A DNA stretch of 32,195 bases from positions 1-32,195 of the IMG/VR virus record IMGVR_UViG_3300031655_000026. One strand, given 5' to 3'. This DNA comes from a virus. Lineage: Duplodnaviria > Caudoviricetes. Shown here piece by piece: positions 16,259-24,567 of this stretch. Within the stretch, counting starts at the first letter, position 1, and each line of letters starts with the position of its first letter. The notes under the pieces are model-generated. The model had not been told where the DNA came from. It worked only from the letters and a program-made list of their open reading frames with translations, and ran no database searches. Made by a program: the position numbers and the translations under genes.

Positions 16259-16929
16259 GCGCTTCTCCTCCTCGCCGTTGACGTTTGAATAATATTCAGC
16301 CCCTCAATTTGCTTGCCACCGCTGGTCTTAGCTATCGCTTTGACTTTCGAAATCAAAGCATCTCTCATCTTTGTGGTTGTAGGTTCCAAAATTTCCCTCG
16401 GAATCAAATGCTCTTCGCCCTGCTTAATCTCGACTTCATAGCTCAAAATGAATGAAGTCTTACCCCGAAGTTCTGAACCCCTTACGACTAACGGCTCCTC
16501 TGCCATCGCCATAACTTCATCGACTGCGACTTGAGGAACCCCTTGCTCCGCAAGTTCTAAAGCCTTGACCTTCATTGTCAGACTCCGTTTCTCCTGCTCA
16601 GTTTTACGCTCAGCCTCTTTAAGCTCACAACGGTCACGTCTGTAATCTGACATCTTCCGCGCCAGTACCTTGCCGCCTTCATTTATAGGCTGCGACATCA
16701 TTCTCTCCTTGTACACAATCGCCTTCCAAGCTTTGTGCGCCCACATTTTTGTGTCAGCCCAGAATTTTACATTTCCATTCTCAAGCCTTTTCGTTTCACT
16801 AAGCATCGCATCAGCCACCGCATAACTCGCGTCATCACAAATCACTAAGGCCACACACGCTTTGTACACTGCGTTTCCGCGCCTTGCTAATTCTTCTCCA
16901 ACTTTTGAATCTTCCTTAACTTGCAACAT
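16255..16929 (-). CDS. Coiled-coil protein of the recombination module
   Basis: 224 aa between SSAP and SSB; ends IEGL beta motif. Confidence 0.6.
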   Translation of the reverse strand: MLQVKEDSKVGEELARRGNAVYKACVALVICDDASYAVADAMLSETKRLENGNVKFWADTKMWAHKAWKAIVYKERMMSQPINEGGKVLARKMSDYRRDRCELKEAERKTEQEKRSLTMKVKALELAEQGVPQVAVDEVMAMAEEPLVVRGSELRGKTSFILSYEVEIKQGEEHLIPREILEPTTTKMRDALISKVKAIAKTSGGKQIEGLNIIQTSTARRRSA

Positions 16930-17635
16930 TTGCCACCCCCTTTGCCTTCAGTGCTTCTTTAAATTCCTCAAGTTTGCCTTTAGGTATTTCGCTGGAGCGG
17001 GTGTAACCTTGCTCTTTTATAGTTTCCATAACGTCAGGGACTCCCAGCCCTAAACTGTCCATCAGTTCCATCAATGCTTCTTGGTCTTCGTGGTTTATGC
17101 GCTCACCAACCTCATCGATAAAGTCATCAATATCGTCATGGACAACGGGTCGATCCAAAATGCGGTCAATGGCTGCATTTACAGCAGGGGCAACGATTGC
17201 GTCATTCGGCTCCGTGCAATCCTCAGGGTAGTCTGCCCCCTCAAAAACCTTCATTCCAAGACCTAGATGAGCAAGAGTCTTTACATAGCACCGCTTTATA
17301 GAACTGTTAATGTCCATCGTTGACGGCCCCGGCAATATATTGTTCCTATAATCCAAGACGGGCAGAAACTCAGTCCTAGTAACGGTTTCATCGTGTCCCA
17401 CAACTGTGATTTCTGTCGCTACAATGGACCCCTTGACAGATGAAAGATCGACACCAATGTCAATTTCGTCCTGCTTCAAAACTCTCCAATGAGACTTGGG
17501 ATAATGCTGCAACAAAATGCGAAATGCGACTGACCACTTTAAATACTTGAACCCGCCCTTCAGGTCTAAATGCTCGCCCACGTTAATCGAATACAGATTC
17601 TCAAAAATCCCCTTATTTTCTTTTTTATCTGCCAT
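16916..17635 (-). CDS. sak: Sak/Rad52-like single-strand annealing protein (DUF1071)
   Basis: LYSINV.EH..KGGF.YL.WS.A, LPVLDYRN, DINSSIKRCYVK.LA.LGLG. Confidence 0.85.
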   Translation of the reverse strand: MADKKENKGIFENLYSINVGEHLDLKGGFKYLKWSVAFRILLQHYPKSHWRVLKQDEIDIGVDLSSVKGSIVATEITVVGHDETVTRTEFLPVLDYRNNILPGPSTMDINSSIKRCYVKTLAHLGLGMKVFEGADYPEDCTEPNDAIVAPAVNAAIDRILDRPVVHDDIDDFIDEVGERINHEDQEALMELMDSLGLGVPDVMETIKEQGYTRSSEIPKGKLEEFKEALKAKGVANVAS

Positions 17636-17660
17636 TTTATTTCTCCCAGTGGTTTTTATA

Positions 17661-17754
17661 ATTATTCCTGACAGCGAATGAGAATTGCCCCCCTGTACAA
17701 GCTATTCTCACCCGCTGTTTCGCCCGGATTTCACAGGCTCATCAGAGGGCTAAT
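17661..17754 (-). ncRNA. Hammerhead ribozyme, type I, long stem III
   Basis: ATTA-GC-CCT-CTGATGA-GCCTG(TGAAATC)CGGGC-GAAA-CAGCGGGTGAGAAT...ATTCTCATTCGCTG-TC-AGG-AA-TAAT; GUC at 17672-17670. Confidence 0.88.
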
Positions 17755-17914
17755 GATCTAAAGCTTCAATCTCATCGTGGTCACGCTGCCACTGGTCATT
17801 TTCAAGGGCTTCGTATTCAGCCTCGGTACAGTCTTCCGCCCAGCAACTAACAAGTACCGCGCCGATTGTCACAGACCAAACCGCGCCGCCGATCAACAAC
17901 CACGCTACTGCCAT
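17750..17914 (-). CDS. Small membrane protein with acidic tail (54 aa)
   Basis: Not in track; MAVAWLLIGGAVWSVTIGAVLVSCWAEDCTEAEYEALENDQWQRDHDEIEALDH. Confidence 0.6.
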   Translation of the reverse strand: MAVAWLLIGGAVWSVTIGAVLVSCWAEDCTEAEYEALENDQWQRDHDEIEALDH

Positions 17915-17919
17915 GTCGC

Positions 17920-18222
17920 TCACTGACCCACCCCATAACCTTCAAATTCTCTATGACCGTTCATCTCCACATATCTTTCTTCATAGTTTTCGCCCACCTG
18001 TTTATCCACCATCATGTCTTCGCCAATTTCAGAAATGTCACATCCCAGCGAATAAATCATTTCGGAAAACCACTTAACTTTGTGGGCATCACGCTCAAAC
18101 TCTGGCGTATTCAAGTCATCAGGTAAATCGTCCACACCTTCTTTGAAGGTTTTACGAAGCAACTCAATTTTGTCCCGCAATGTCTCGAAATCTGCGCTAA
18201 ACTTGTCGTTGATAGTTTCCAT
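17920..18222 (-). CDS. Acidic hypothetical protein
   Basis: 100 aa, AGGAG upstream, overlaps previous gene. Confidence 0.65.
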   Translation of the reverse strand: METINDKFSADFETLRDKIELLRKTFKEGVDDLPDDLNTPEFERDAHKVKWFSEMIYSLGCDISEIGEDMMVDKQVGENYEERYVEMNGHREFEGYGVGQ

Positions 18223-18616
18223 TTTTTCGAAGCTCCTTTAGTTTGTTTTTTCTGACTTCCGCCTCTTTGCGCCGGGTCACAATTCCCTCGGCTTCCGAAC
18301 ACTTTCTCGAACAAAATTTCAATTTCCGTTTAATCAGTTTCGTCCTGCAACCTTTTTTAATACATATGCGAGTAGGCTTCGCGTCTTCGAGCTTCGCTTT
18401 CGCGGCCCTCTTCGCTTTATACGCCTTAGCCCGGATGTCTAGTCTGCATAAGTCCGAACAGTAATGGCGGTTCACTGTCATCGTGCCGCACTTGCCATTG
18501 CCGCACAGATGGGGCTGGAACTTTTTCATGCTGTCGAAAGTAAGCTCTGGGGTCACAACGGCAACCAACTTCATTTTTGAGTTGTAAATCCGCACTTCAT
18601 TAATCACCGCGCACAC
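18197..18616 (-). CDS. Cys-rich zinc-finger-like protein
   Basis: Two C-x4-C...[YF]CSxxC units. Confidence 0.65.
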   Translation of the reverse strand: MCAVINEVRIYNSKMKLVAVVTPELTFDSMKKFQPHLCGNGKCGTMTVNRHYCSDLCRLDIRAKAYKAKRAAKAKLEDAKPTRICIKKGCRTKLIKRKLKFCSRKCSEAEGIVTRRKEAEVRKNKLKELRKNGNYQRQV

Positions 18617-18887
18617 CCTCCCGCAACAGCTTCCCGGCTCGGAAAACCACTCTCTTTCTTGCCGGTATTTTTAGAGCTTCGCCAGTTTTTGGGTTGCGCC
18701 CGGTTCGCCCAGACAGGTCACGGTAATGCCAAGTTCCGAAGTTCCTGATTTCAACGCTTTGCCCTTTCACCATGCCATCACGCAGACACTTAAAAACTGC
18801 ATCTGTAATCTTCATCCCGTCTTTGTGCGGCAAATCTAAGAGCTTGCTGACTTCTAAAGCCAAACCGTTTTTTGTCATCTTCTTCAT
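18600..18887 (-). CDS. HU/IHF-family DNA-bending protein
   Basis: VEIRNFGTW...GRNPKTGE...IPARKRVVFRAGK.L. Confidence 0.92.
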   Translation of the reverse strand: MKKMTKNGLALEVSKLLDLPHKDGMKITDAVFKCLRDGMVKGQSVEIRNFGTWHYRDLSGRTGRNPKTGEALKIPARKRVVFRAGKLLREGVRGD

Positions 18888-18904
18888 TAAAATTCTCCGC
18901 TAAT

Positions 18905-18961
18905 AAAAAAAAAGGACTCCCCACCCAAGGCCACTGGGATGGGGGAGGAGATGAGGAGTCC
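18905..18961 (-). terminator. Leader terminator/attenuator upstream of the HU operon
   Basis: GGACTCC...GGAGTCC stem followed by T9, 17 nt before the HU start. Confidence 0.7.
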
Positions 18962-18968
18962 AAAACTC

Positions 18969-19090
18969 ATAGGCATATTGCCTATAGGTTTTTCTTGACT
19001 TGGTTGGGTTTTATGGTCTAAGTTATTCATACGAATCCCAGTGACTGTTGAACTGTCATCATCGTGTCAGAAAGTCACTTCGATGTCAAT
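18969..19090. promoter_or_regulatory. Divergent immunity-region promoters/operators
   Basis: Palindrome ATAGGCA-tat-TGCCTAT (18969-18985); TTGACT (+, 18995-19000); TTGACA (-, 19089-19084); repeated GTCA/TGAC. Confidence 0.45.
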
Positions 19091-19096
19091 AAGTAT

Positions 19097-19498
19097 ATGA
19101 ATAAAAAAACTATAGCTCGTCAAATTGCCATTATGCGCCAAGATAATGGCTTAACTCAGTCAGAACTTGGCGAGTTGATGCAAGTTAGCGTCAGAACTGT
19201 GTCAGGGTGGGAAACTGGGGATAGACCTCCCAAGAATGGGGAGACACTATTGCGCCAAATTGCAGTAGAATTAAGGATCGCTTACCAAAAAGAAGATATG
19301 ATCTTTACTGAGGAAATAGCAGAAGGACTAAAAGAAAGTTCACAAGCAAACCTAGAAGGGGAGACAGAACGGATGTTCACTAAACAGCTAATTGAAGCAC
19401 AGGCTGAAATAATATTATTGATGAAGAAAATAAACAGTCTAGAAAACGAACTTTCTGAAAAAAAAGCCATACCTCTAGTGGTAAAAAAGGGAGCCTAA
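19097..19498 (+). CDS. XRE-family HTH repressor
   Basis: MRQDNGLTQSELGELMQVSVRTVSGWETGDRPP; C-terminal coiled coil, no S24 domain; start likely 19097. Confidence 0.85.
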   Translation: MNKKTIARQIAIMRQDNGLTQSELGELMQVSVRTVSGWETGDRPPKNGETLLRQIAVELRIAYQKEDMIFTEEIAEGLKESSQANLEGETERMFTKQLIEAQAEIILLMKKINSLENELSEKKAIPLVVKKGA

Positions 19499-19701
19499 AT
19501 TCAGGCAACATTAGAGGGAAAACTCCGTACAAGAGTGTTACGAATTTCAACGAATTGTTCGACCACGATCTGCAAGAGTGTAGACGAGCAGTTTTATTTT
19601 ATAACGATCCGGGTCAAGCTCCGAGAGCGATAGGGGCGGGTGCAAGCACGGGGTACTTACGAGTTTGTGCTAGTTTTTAGCTAAAAAAATTTGCCCAAAT
19701 T

Positions 19702-19758
19702 TAAACCCATACCTTGGGTTAGCTATACGCAAGTATGGCTTCTTATGGTGTGGGTTTA
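19702..19758 (+). ncRNA. Long RNA hairpin with GNRA loop
   Basis: TAAACCCATACC/GGTGTGGGTTTA, TGGG/CTTA and AGCTATAC-GCAA-GTATGGCT; G-U pairs favour plus strand. Confidence 0.55.
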
Positions 19759-19825
19759 GGGGTTTACTTTTCCACTGACTTTACTTTATACTTTTACCGA
19801 TAACATGGATTACGGGGGGGGTAGT

Positions 19826-19924
19826 ATGGTCGCAGAAATAATAACCATCGCCATCGGCGTGGGGGGAGGAATTGTTCTGGCATGGTTCATTGTCATGCTA
19901 GTAAAGCATTACCCCCAACTCTAA
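19826..19924 (+). CDS. 32-aa single-TM peptide
   Basis: Not in track; MVAEIITIAIGVGGGIVLAWFIVMLVKHYPQL after a G-rich RBS; stop overlaps convergent gene stop. Confidence 0.5.
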   Translation: MVAEIITIAIGVGGGIVLAWFIVMLVKHYPQL

Positions 19925-22224
19925 GGAGCAAGCATTCCCCGTATTTTCTTTCCCCCTTCAGTAGCACCAATCCTAGCACCACCTCCAGCCAAGTAACGTG
20001 CAGGTAGACCAGACCCAGAAACTTTTCTATTTCTCATCCCAGAAAAAATCGGTCCTCCCATTGTTCTCTCAGCTATATCTTGCTCAATCTTTTCTTTTTT
20101 CCCTTTTTTCAACAAGCTGGAAGCGGTGTTCATAGCCCCAGAAGTGGCGCGGGTTGTAACGCTTGGGACTTTCCCCAATACCCGACTGCCCCAATCAATT
20201 AAGTTGAACATTGCGGAGAATCCTGTTTTGACTTCACCTACCCCAAGGATTTCCATGTTACGACTAAGAAGAAGGACATCATTCATTTTTTTAGCCATCT
20301 CCTCGCCAAATAATAGAATTCCTTTTTCGCTGTTGGCTCCGATCTCTCGGCCTCTAGCCCCAAACTTAGATATTAATTTTTCCATCTCGGCAACGCTTGC
20401 GAGCCTACCCTTTCCGTAACCTTCGGCACTAAATGTTTTGACAGAACTTTCAACCATGTCATTCCAAATCTGCGCCCCTAGCCTTCGCCATGTCTCTTTG
20501 CCGCTTTCTCCTTCATCCATCATGCGGTCTTTCAGTTTAGACAATTGCTCTGTCGAGGAGTCCCTGATATTTTTTACAAGTTTTTCGCTGTCATCATCGT
20601 ACTTCCCTAGCAATGCTTTTTTGATTGACGGTATGTCGATTTCGTTCATGCTGCTTTCGTGCAGTCCTCTGCCAGCCTTGTAAACATCATGCCCTACGGC
20701 CTTGACCACATCTTCATCCATTGCCTGTCTTAGCTTTCGTAAAGTTCCTGCCCCTTCGTTTTTTCCAGAGTTAGCAAGTTCATCAATCTGCGCGGTTAGC
20801 TGCTTGCGGATTCCCTCATAAGTGACAAGGTCCAATTGAGATTCTGGTTTTTTACTGCCGCCTTTAGTCCTGCCGAAATTACTGGACCACATATCACGGT
20901 TCATTGTTCCCTCTTGCCCTTTATATGCCGGGGCTTGTTCCGCTATCTTCTGGCGTATCATGCCTTTGTAACCGTCAACAACTTTCAAGACATTAGAGGC
21001 CGTGGCCTCATGCTTTAAACCATCTGCGACTGCCATAAACTGTGTAGGTCGAATCTTCCTGTTCCCATATTTTTCTGTTGCGGCTTTGTATACTTTCCCA
21101 ACTTTCTCGCCTATCTTGCTTCTCATTAAATCAGCCGCACCAATGATAGACTCGCCAGTCTCTCTCCTCGAAAGTGAATCAGCCGAGCCTGTGTAGGCAG
21201 GGGTTTTGCCTAATGGAGTCTGAAGCTCTTCAGAAATTTTCTCAATTGCCCCCGTCATATATCTGGCTTGGTTCGCAGTTTTTTGTTTCATTAATGGGTT
21301 TCCTTGCGCCATGATTTCCTCTTGGGCGATATGAGGGTCATGGGTAAGTTGCGCTGGGGATAAAGGCTCATGCGGGTATTTAGACGCTCCCACTGATCCT
21401 GCTGGATACCCTATATCTTCATACTTGGCAAGCTTCATGGCTTCGTCTGGAGAAATAATGCCCCCCTGCTCATTCGCCTTGCTAAGTATTTTTTGGATTC
21501 TCTTTTGTAGGACTGCTGATATGTCCATCATTTCTGAGGGATCACCTAGATCGGTCACGCCTTGCGGAAGCTGTTCTCCCTGTTGAATTTTCTGGACTAA
21601 ATTTTTAACTACATTCACGCCCTTCTTCCCTGCCTCTATTGTAGCCCCGCCACCTTTAATCAAGAGGTTCATCAACTCACCACCCACAATTCCCCCCGCC
21701 ACACTTACCCCGGTATCCTTTGCTTTTTTCTCCCAATAACTATCTTGCGAGTCTTTTTCTTTAACGGGTAAAGCCGCCCCATAAGCAGCCCCAACTTTGC
21801 CGCCAAATTTGGCCCTAGCCTTTAGGCCATCGTAGCCTTTCTTCAACATGGTCGCTTTGCTTGGAGCGAAAGGAAGACCTAGCTGCGCCACAGCCTTTCC
21901 AGTTCTATAAGGATTAAATGTGTCGAATACCTTTTTATCAGGGTTTTCCCCCAAAAGATCATACGGGTTCCCTGTCCCGTATTCGTTTGCGTCAGCATCG
22001 GCTTGCTTAATTGTTTCGGGGTCAACATCAACGACTGCACCAGTTGCCCTAGTAGCAAGCTGTTTTGCTCCGTGCCATAGTTCTGGGATTCCATCCTTAA
22101 AACCTTCCCAAATCAGTTCTATTTCGCTAGGGTCTTTATACTCTGCGTTTACAGCTTCCGCTAGGTCTTGGTCATCCCAATCCTGATATTCTGGAAATTT
22201 AGCTTTGATCTCTCTGGTGTCCAT
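19921..22224 (-). CDS. Large internal virion/DNA ejection protein
   Basis: 767 aa helical, G/A-rich hydrophobic patches, last of the ejection cluster. Confidence 0.65.
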   Translation of the reverse strand: MDTREIKAKFPEYQDWDDQDLAEAVNAEYKDPSEIELIWEGFKDGIPELWHGAKQLATRATGAVVDVDPETIKQADADANEYGTGNPYDLLGENPDKKVFDTFNPYRTGKAVAQLGLPFAPSKATMLKKGYDGLKARAKFGGKVGAAYGAALPVKEKDSQDSYWEKKAKDTGVSVAGGIVGGELMNLLIKGGGATIEAGKKGVNVVKNLVQKIQQGEQLPQGVTDLGDPSEMMDISAVLQKRIQKILSKANEQGGIISPDEAMKLAKYEDIGYPAGSVGASKYPHEPLSPAQLTHDPHIAQEEIMAQGNPLMKQKTANQARYMTGAIEKISEELQTPLGKTPAYTGSADSLSRRETGESIIGAADLMRSKIGEKVGKVYKAATEKYGNRKIRPTQFMAVADGLKHEATASNVLKVVDGYKGMIRQKIAEQAPAYKGQEGTMNRDMWSSNFGRTKGGSKKPESQLDLVTYEGIRKQLTAQIDELANSGKNEGAGTLRKLRQAMDEDVVKAVGHDVYKAGRGLHESSMNEIDIPSIKKALLGKYDDDSEKLVKNIRDSSTEQLSKLKDRMMDEGESGKETWRRLGAQIWNDMVESSVKTFSAEGYGKGRLASVAEMEKLISKFGARGREIGANSEKGILLFGEEMAKKMNDVLLLSRNMEILGVGEVKTGFSAMFNLIDWGSRVLGKVPSVTTRATSGAMNTASSLLKKGKKEKIEQDIAERTMGGPIFSGMRNRKVSGSGLPARYLAGGGARIGATEGGKKIRGMLAP

Positions 22225-22233
22225 TTATTACCT

Positions 22234-23640
22234 CTATTGTCTTCGGGGTCTAAGATTAAGCCTATTATTTGGGTCTACTTTTTTAACTGGGTTAGGGTCT
22301 AAGAAGTTGCTTTCGTCTATCATTGGGCTATAAGTCCGAAGTTTTATTGCCCGATCAGCCTTAAGTCCAAAGTCCTTGTATTCTTCCATTTGACCGAGAA
22401 CAACATTATATTTTTTTGTTATATTATTAACCGCACTATTGAACTGGTTTCTTGACTGCCCTACAAGGTCACGCCTCATTGATTCGTCCAGCGTTCCACC
22501 TTTCACGATCTTGTCCCAGTAAGCTGACACCCTTGCCGTCAAGCCACCAGTTTGGGCGGCAAGGGCAAACTCGCTTTCTCTTACCACGGAACCGGGGTCT
22601 AGCATCTTCATGTAGTTAAAAATCAAAGCCAAATCAGCGGCCCCGGCCTTGCTCAGTTCAAACATACTAACTTTTACCCCGTCCGTTGATTGCACTTCCC
22701 TCACTGGACCAGAATCGTCAAACACTGGAGCTTGGCTGGGGTCATCATAGATGGCTTCTATCCTTCTATATGCGCTCATCTGATCGCGCTCTAAAGCAGT
22801 ATCGTTAGCAAAATCTTTTCTAAATTTAAGTTCCGCATTTATTATCTGGTTCTTGTCCATTTGGTCTGGGGCCACTTCAATATCGAAGACAAGCTCTCCT
22901 GTTTTTGGGCCAGAAGTGAAGCGTTGTCTTTTATTTGCATCCTTTGCTGTCTTGGGGATTAGGTATGATGCCTTGGCCTTTTCTTCCGCCATTTTGTTCT
23001 TATGCTTAATCTGTTCCTCTTGCTTAAATCCTAACTTTCTAGGCAGTCCCGTAGCCTGAAAAGTTTTCCCGGCTTGGCCCATCGCCTTGCTGAGTCCTTC
23101 CATTGGAGAATAAAAACCCTGCTGGTCGTAATAACTGTTCGGGTTCATTGCAGTGAGGCCACCTTGTAGCAAAGCCATTCTAGTAGGGTCGTTAAATAAT
23201 TTATGTGCCCCATCCCTTAAGCCTGAAAGCATACCCTTCGCGCCGTCATAGGCTCCGCTTATTCCATCGCCGATATCACTTAAAAGACCACCTTGTTCTT
23301 GCCTGTTACTTCCAACCTTCTTTGCGGCTAAAGCCTCTTGCATTTTTTTCTGCTTTTCCTGTTCGATATAAAATCTCTCTTGGTCGATACGGCTGGCATT
23401 CTCTGTCGCTCTATGGACTTGACCCATATCCATGCTAGGACTTACTGCCAAAGGCGTTGGTACGGGGTTTATCCCAGCGACCTGCATTGGGGCATTCTGC
23501 GAAGGCATATTGTCTTGTTCTAGTTGCGCTAAGGTATTTTTATACATAAGCGTTGCGTCTGTCGGGTCACCCGCCGCCTTATTCTCCCGCGTCATCTCCC
23601 ATGCTGCTCTTTCGTTATCCGTCATATTAGCGTTTACCAT
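22234..23640 (-). CDS. Internal virion/DNA ejection protein
   Basis: DLALIFNYMKMLDPGSVVRESEF motif common in podovirus ejection proteins; position. Confidence 0.65.
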   Translation of the reverse strand: MVNANMTDNERAAWEMTRENKAAGDPTDATLMYKNTLAQLEQDNMPSQNAPMQVAGINPVPTPLAVSPSMDMGQVHRATENASRIDQERFYIEQEKQKKMQEALAAKKVGSNRQEQGGLLSDIGDGISGAYDGAKGMLSGLRDGAHKLFNDPTRMALLQGGLTAMNPNSYYDQQGFYSPMEGLSKAMGQAGKTFQATGLPRKLGFKQEEQIKHKNKMAEEKAKASYLIPKTAKDANKRQRFTSGPKTGELVFDIEVAPDQMDKNQIINAELKFRKDFANDTALERDQMSAYRRIEAIYDDPSQAPVFDDSGPVREVQSTDGVKVSMFELSKAGAADLALIFNYMKMLDPGSVVRESEFALAAQTGGLTARVSAYWDKIVKGGTLDESMRRDLVGQSRNQFNSAVNNITKKYNVVLGQMEEYKDFGLKADRAIKLRTYSPMIDESNFLDPNPVKKVDPNNRLNLRPRRQ

Positions 23641-23688
23641 GTTTATGTCCTTTAATGTTTGAACTGTATTTTTTAGTTAAGGTCAAGA

Positions 23689-24534
23689 TCACCACCAGTC
23701 GAACATTCCGCCTATGGAATATCCCAGTTCACTAAGGCCGCCAGTCGCGTAAGCCGCTGATGCCCTTAAAGCCGCGTCACCGTATTGGTTACCCGTAAGG
23801 TTGTCCGATCCCGAAAGCAGGTCCACACCAATATTCAAATATGGAAGTGCGTCACCGAGGCCGGGAGGCGCACCGGGGGCCGTCTTCAAGCCAGTCGTTG
23901 CCTCTGCTCCCTCACCCAAAGCCCCAACGCCTTCGGACCCTGATGTCAGTCCACCCATATCGCCGCCAGCGTAAACACTATTTGCCCCCACAGCATCACC
24001 ACCCAAAGAAGTAATTGACCCATTCACAGAACTGAAGTCACTCGGTATTGAACCCAGTCCCACTGGGGCTGTGGAACCGCCGCCGATTAGAGCATCCGGC
24101 ATACCAAAATCTGGCATACTCAAGCCAATGGTCGGCATATCGGGCATATCAAAACTCGGTATATCAAAACTCGGCATACTCAACCCTGACGTAGCTTCCC
24201 CAATCGGGGAACCCGTCCAAGCATCACCCAAATAATCGACAGTCTTGTCATAAGCACCCCCCAAACCATCAAAACCTTCGCGTAAACTTTTACCGCCTTC
24301 ATACATATCCCCGACAGAGTCAATGGCCCCCTTGCCCACCATAGCCTGACCCAACAAACCCCCTTGCTGTGGCTGTGGCTGTGCAGGTCCAGTTTTCTGA
24401 CTTTCGCTCGATGATGGTGTTGGAGGTCTGTACGCACCACGCGTTTGTTGTTGTCTCGCTGGGGCCGCAGTCAAACCTGTGTATCCTGTTTTCCTTATTG
24501 GTTTTCTTGTTCTTTTTCTGACGATACCTACCAT
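23689..24534 (-). CDS. Gly-rich low-complexity virion protein
   Basis: 281 aa, basic N-terminus, MPxF/MPD repeats, within ejection cluster. Confidence 0.55.
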   Translation of the reverse strand: MVGIVRKRTRKPIRKTGYTGLTAAPARQQQTRGAYRPPTPSSSESQKTGPAQPQPQQGGLLGQAMVGKGAIDSVGDMYEGGKSLREGFDGLGGAYDKTVDYLGDAWTGSPIGEATSGLSMPSFDIPSFDMPDMPTIGLSMPDFGMPDALIGGGSTAPVGLGSIPSDFSSVNGSITSLGGDAVGANSVYAGGDMGGLTSGSEGVGALGEGAEATTGLKTAPGAPPGLGDALPYLNIGVDLLSGSDNLTGNQYGDAALRASAAYATGGLSELGYSIGGMFDWW

Positions 24535-24567
24535 ATCAATTTCCTTTAGTTTTAGACTTTATGTGGA

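Noticed and set aside
24100-24185. Short repeats ATATCAAAACTCGG/GGCATA, and GAAGCCGTGGCTGAA near 32070-32115
   Set aside because: Explained by coding repeats (MPSFD, SATASAS); no spacers, not CRISPR or DGR
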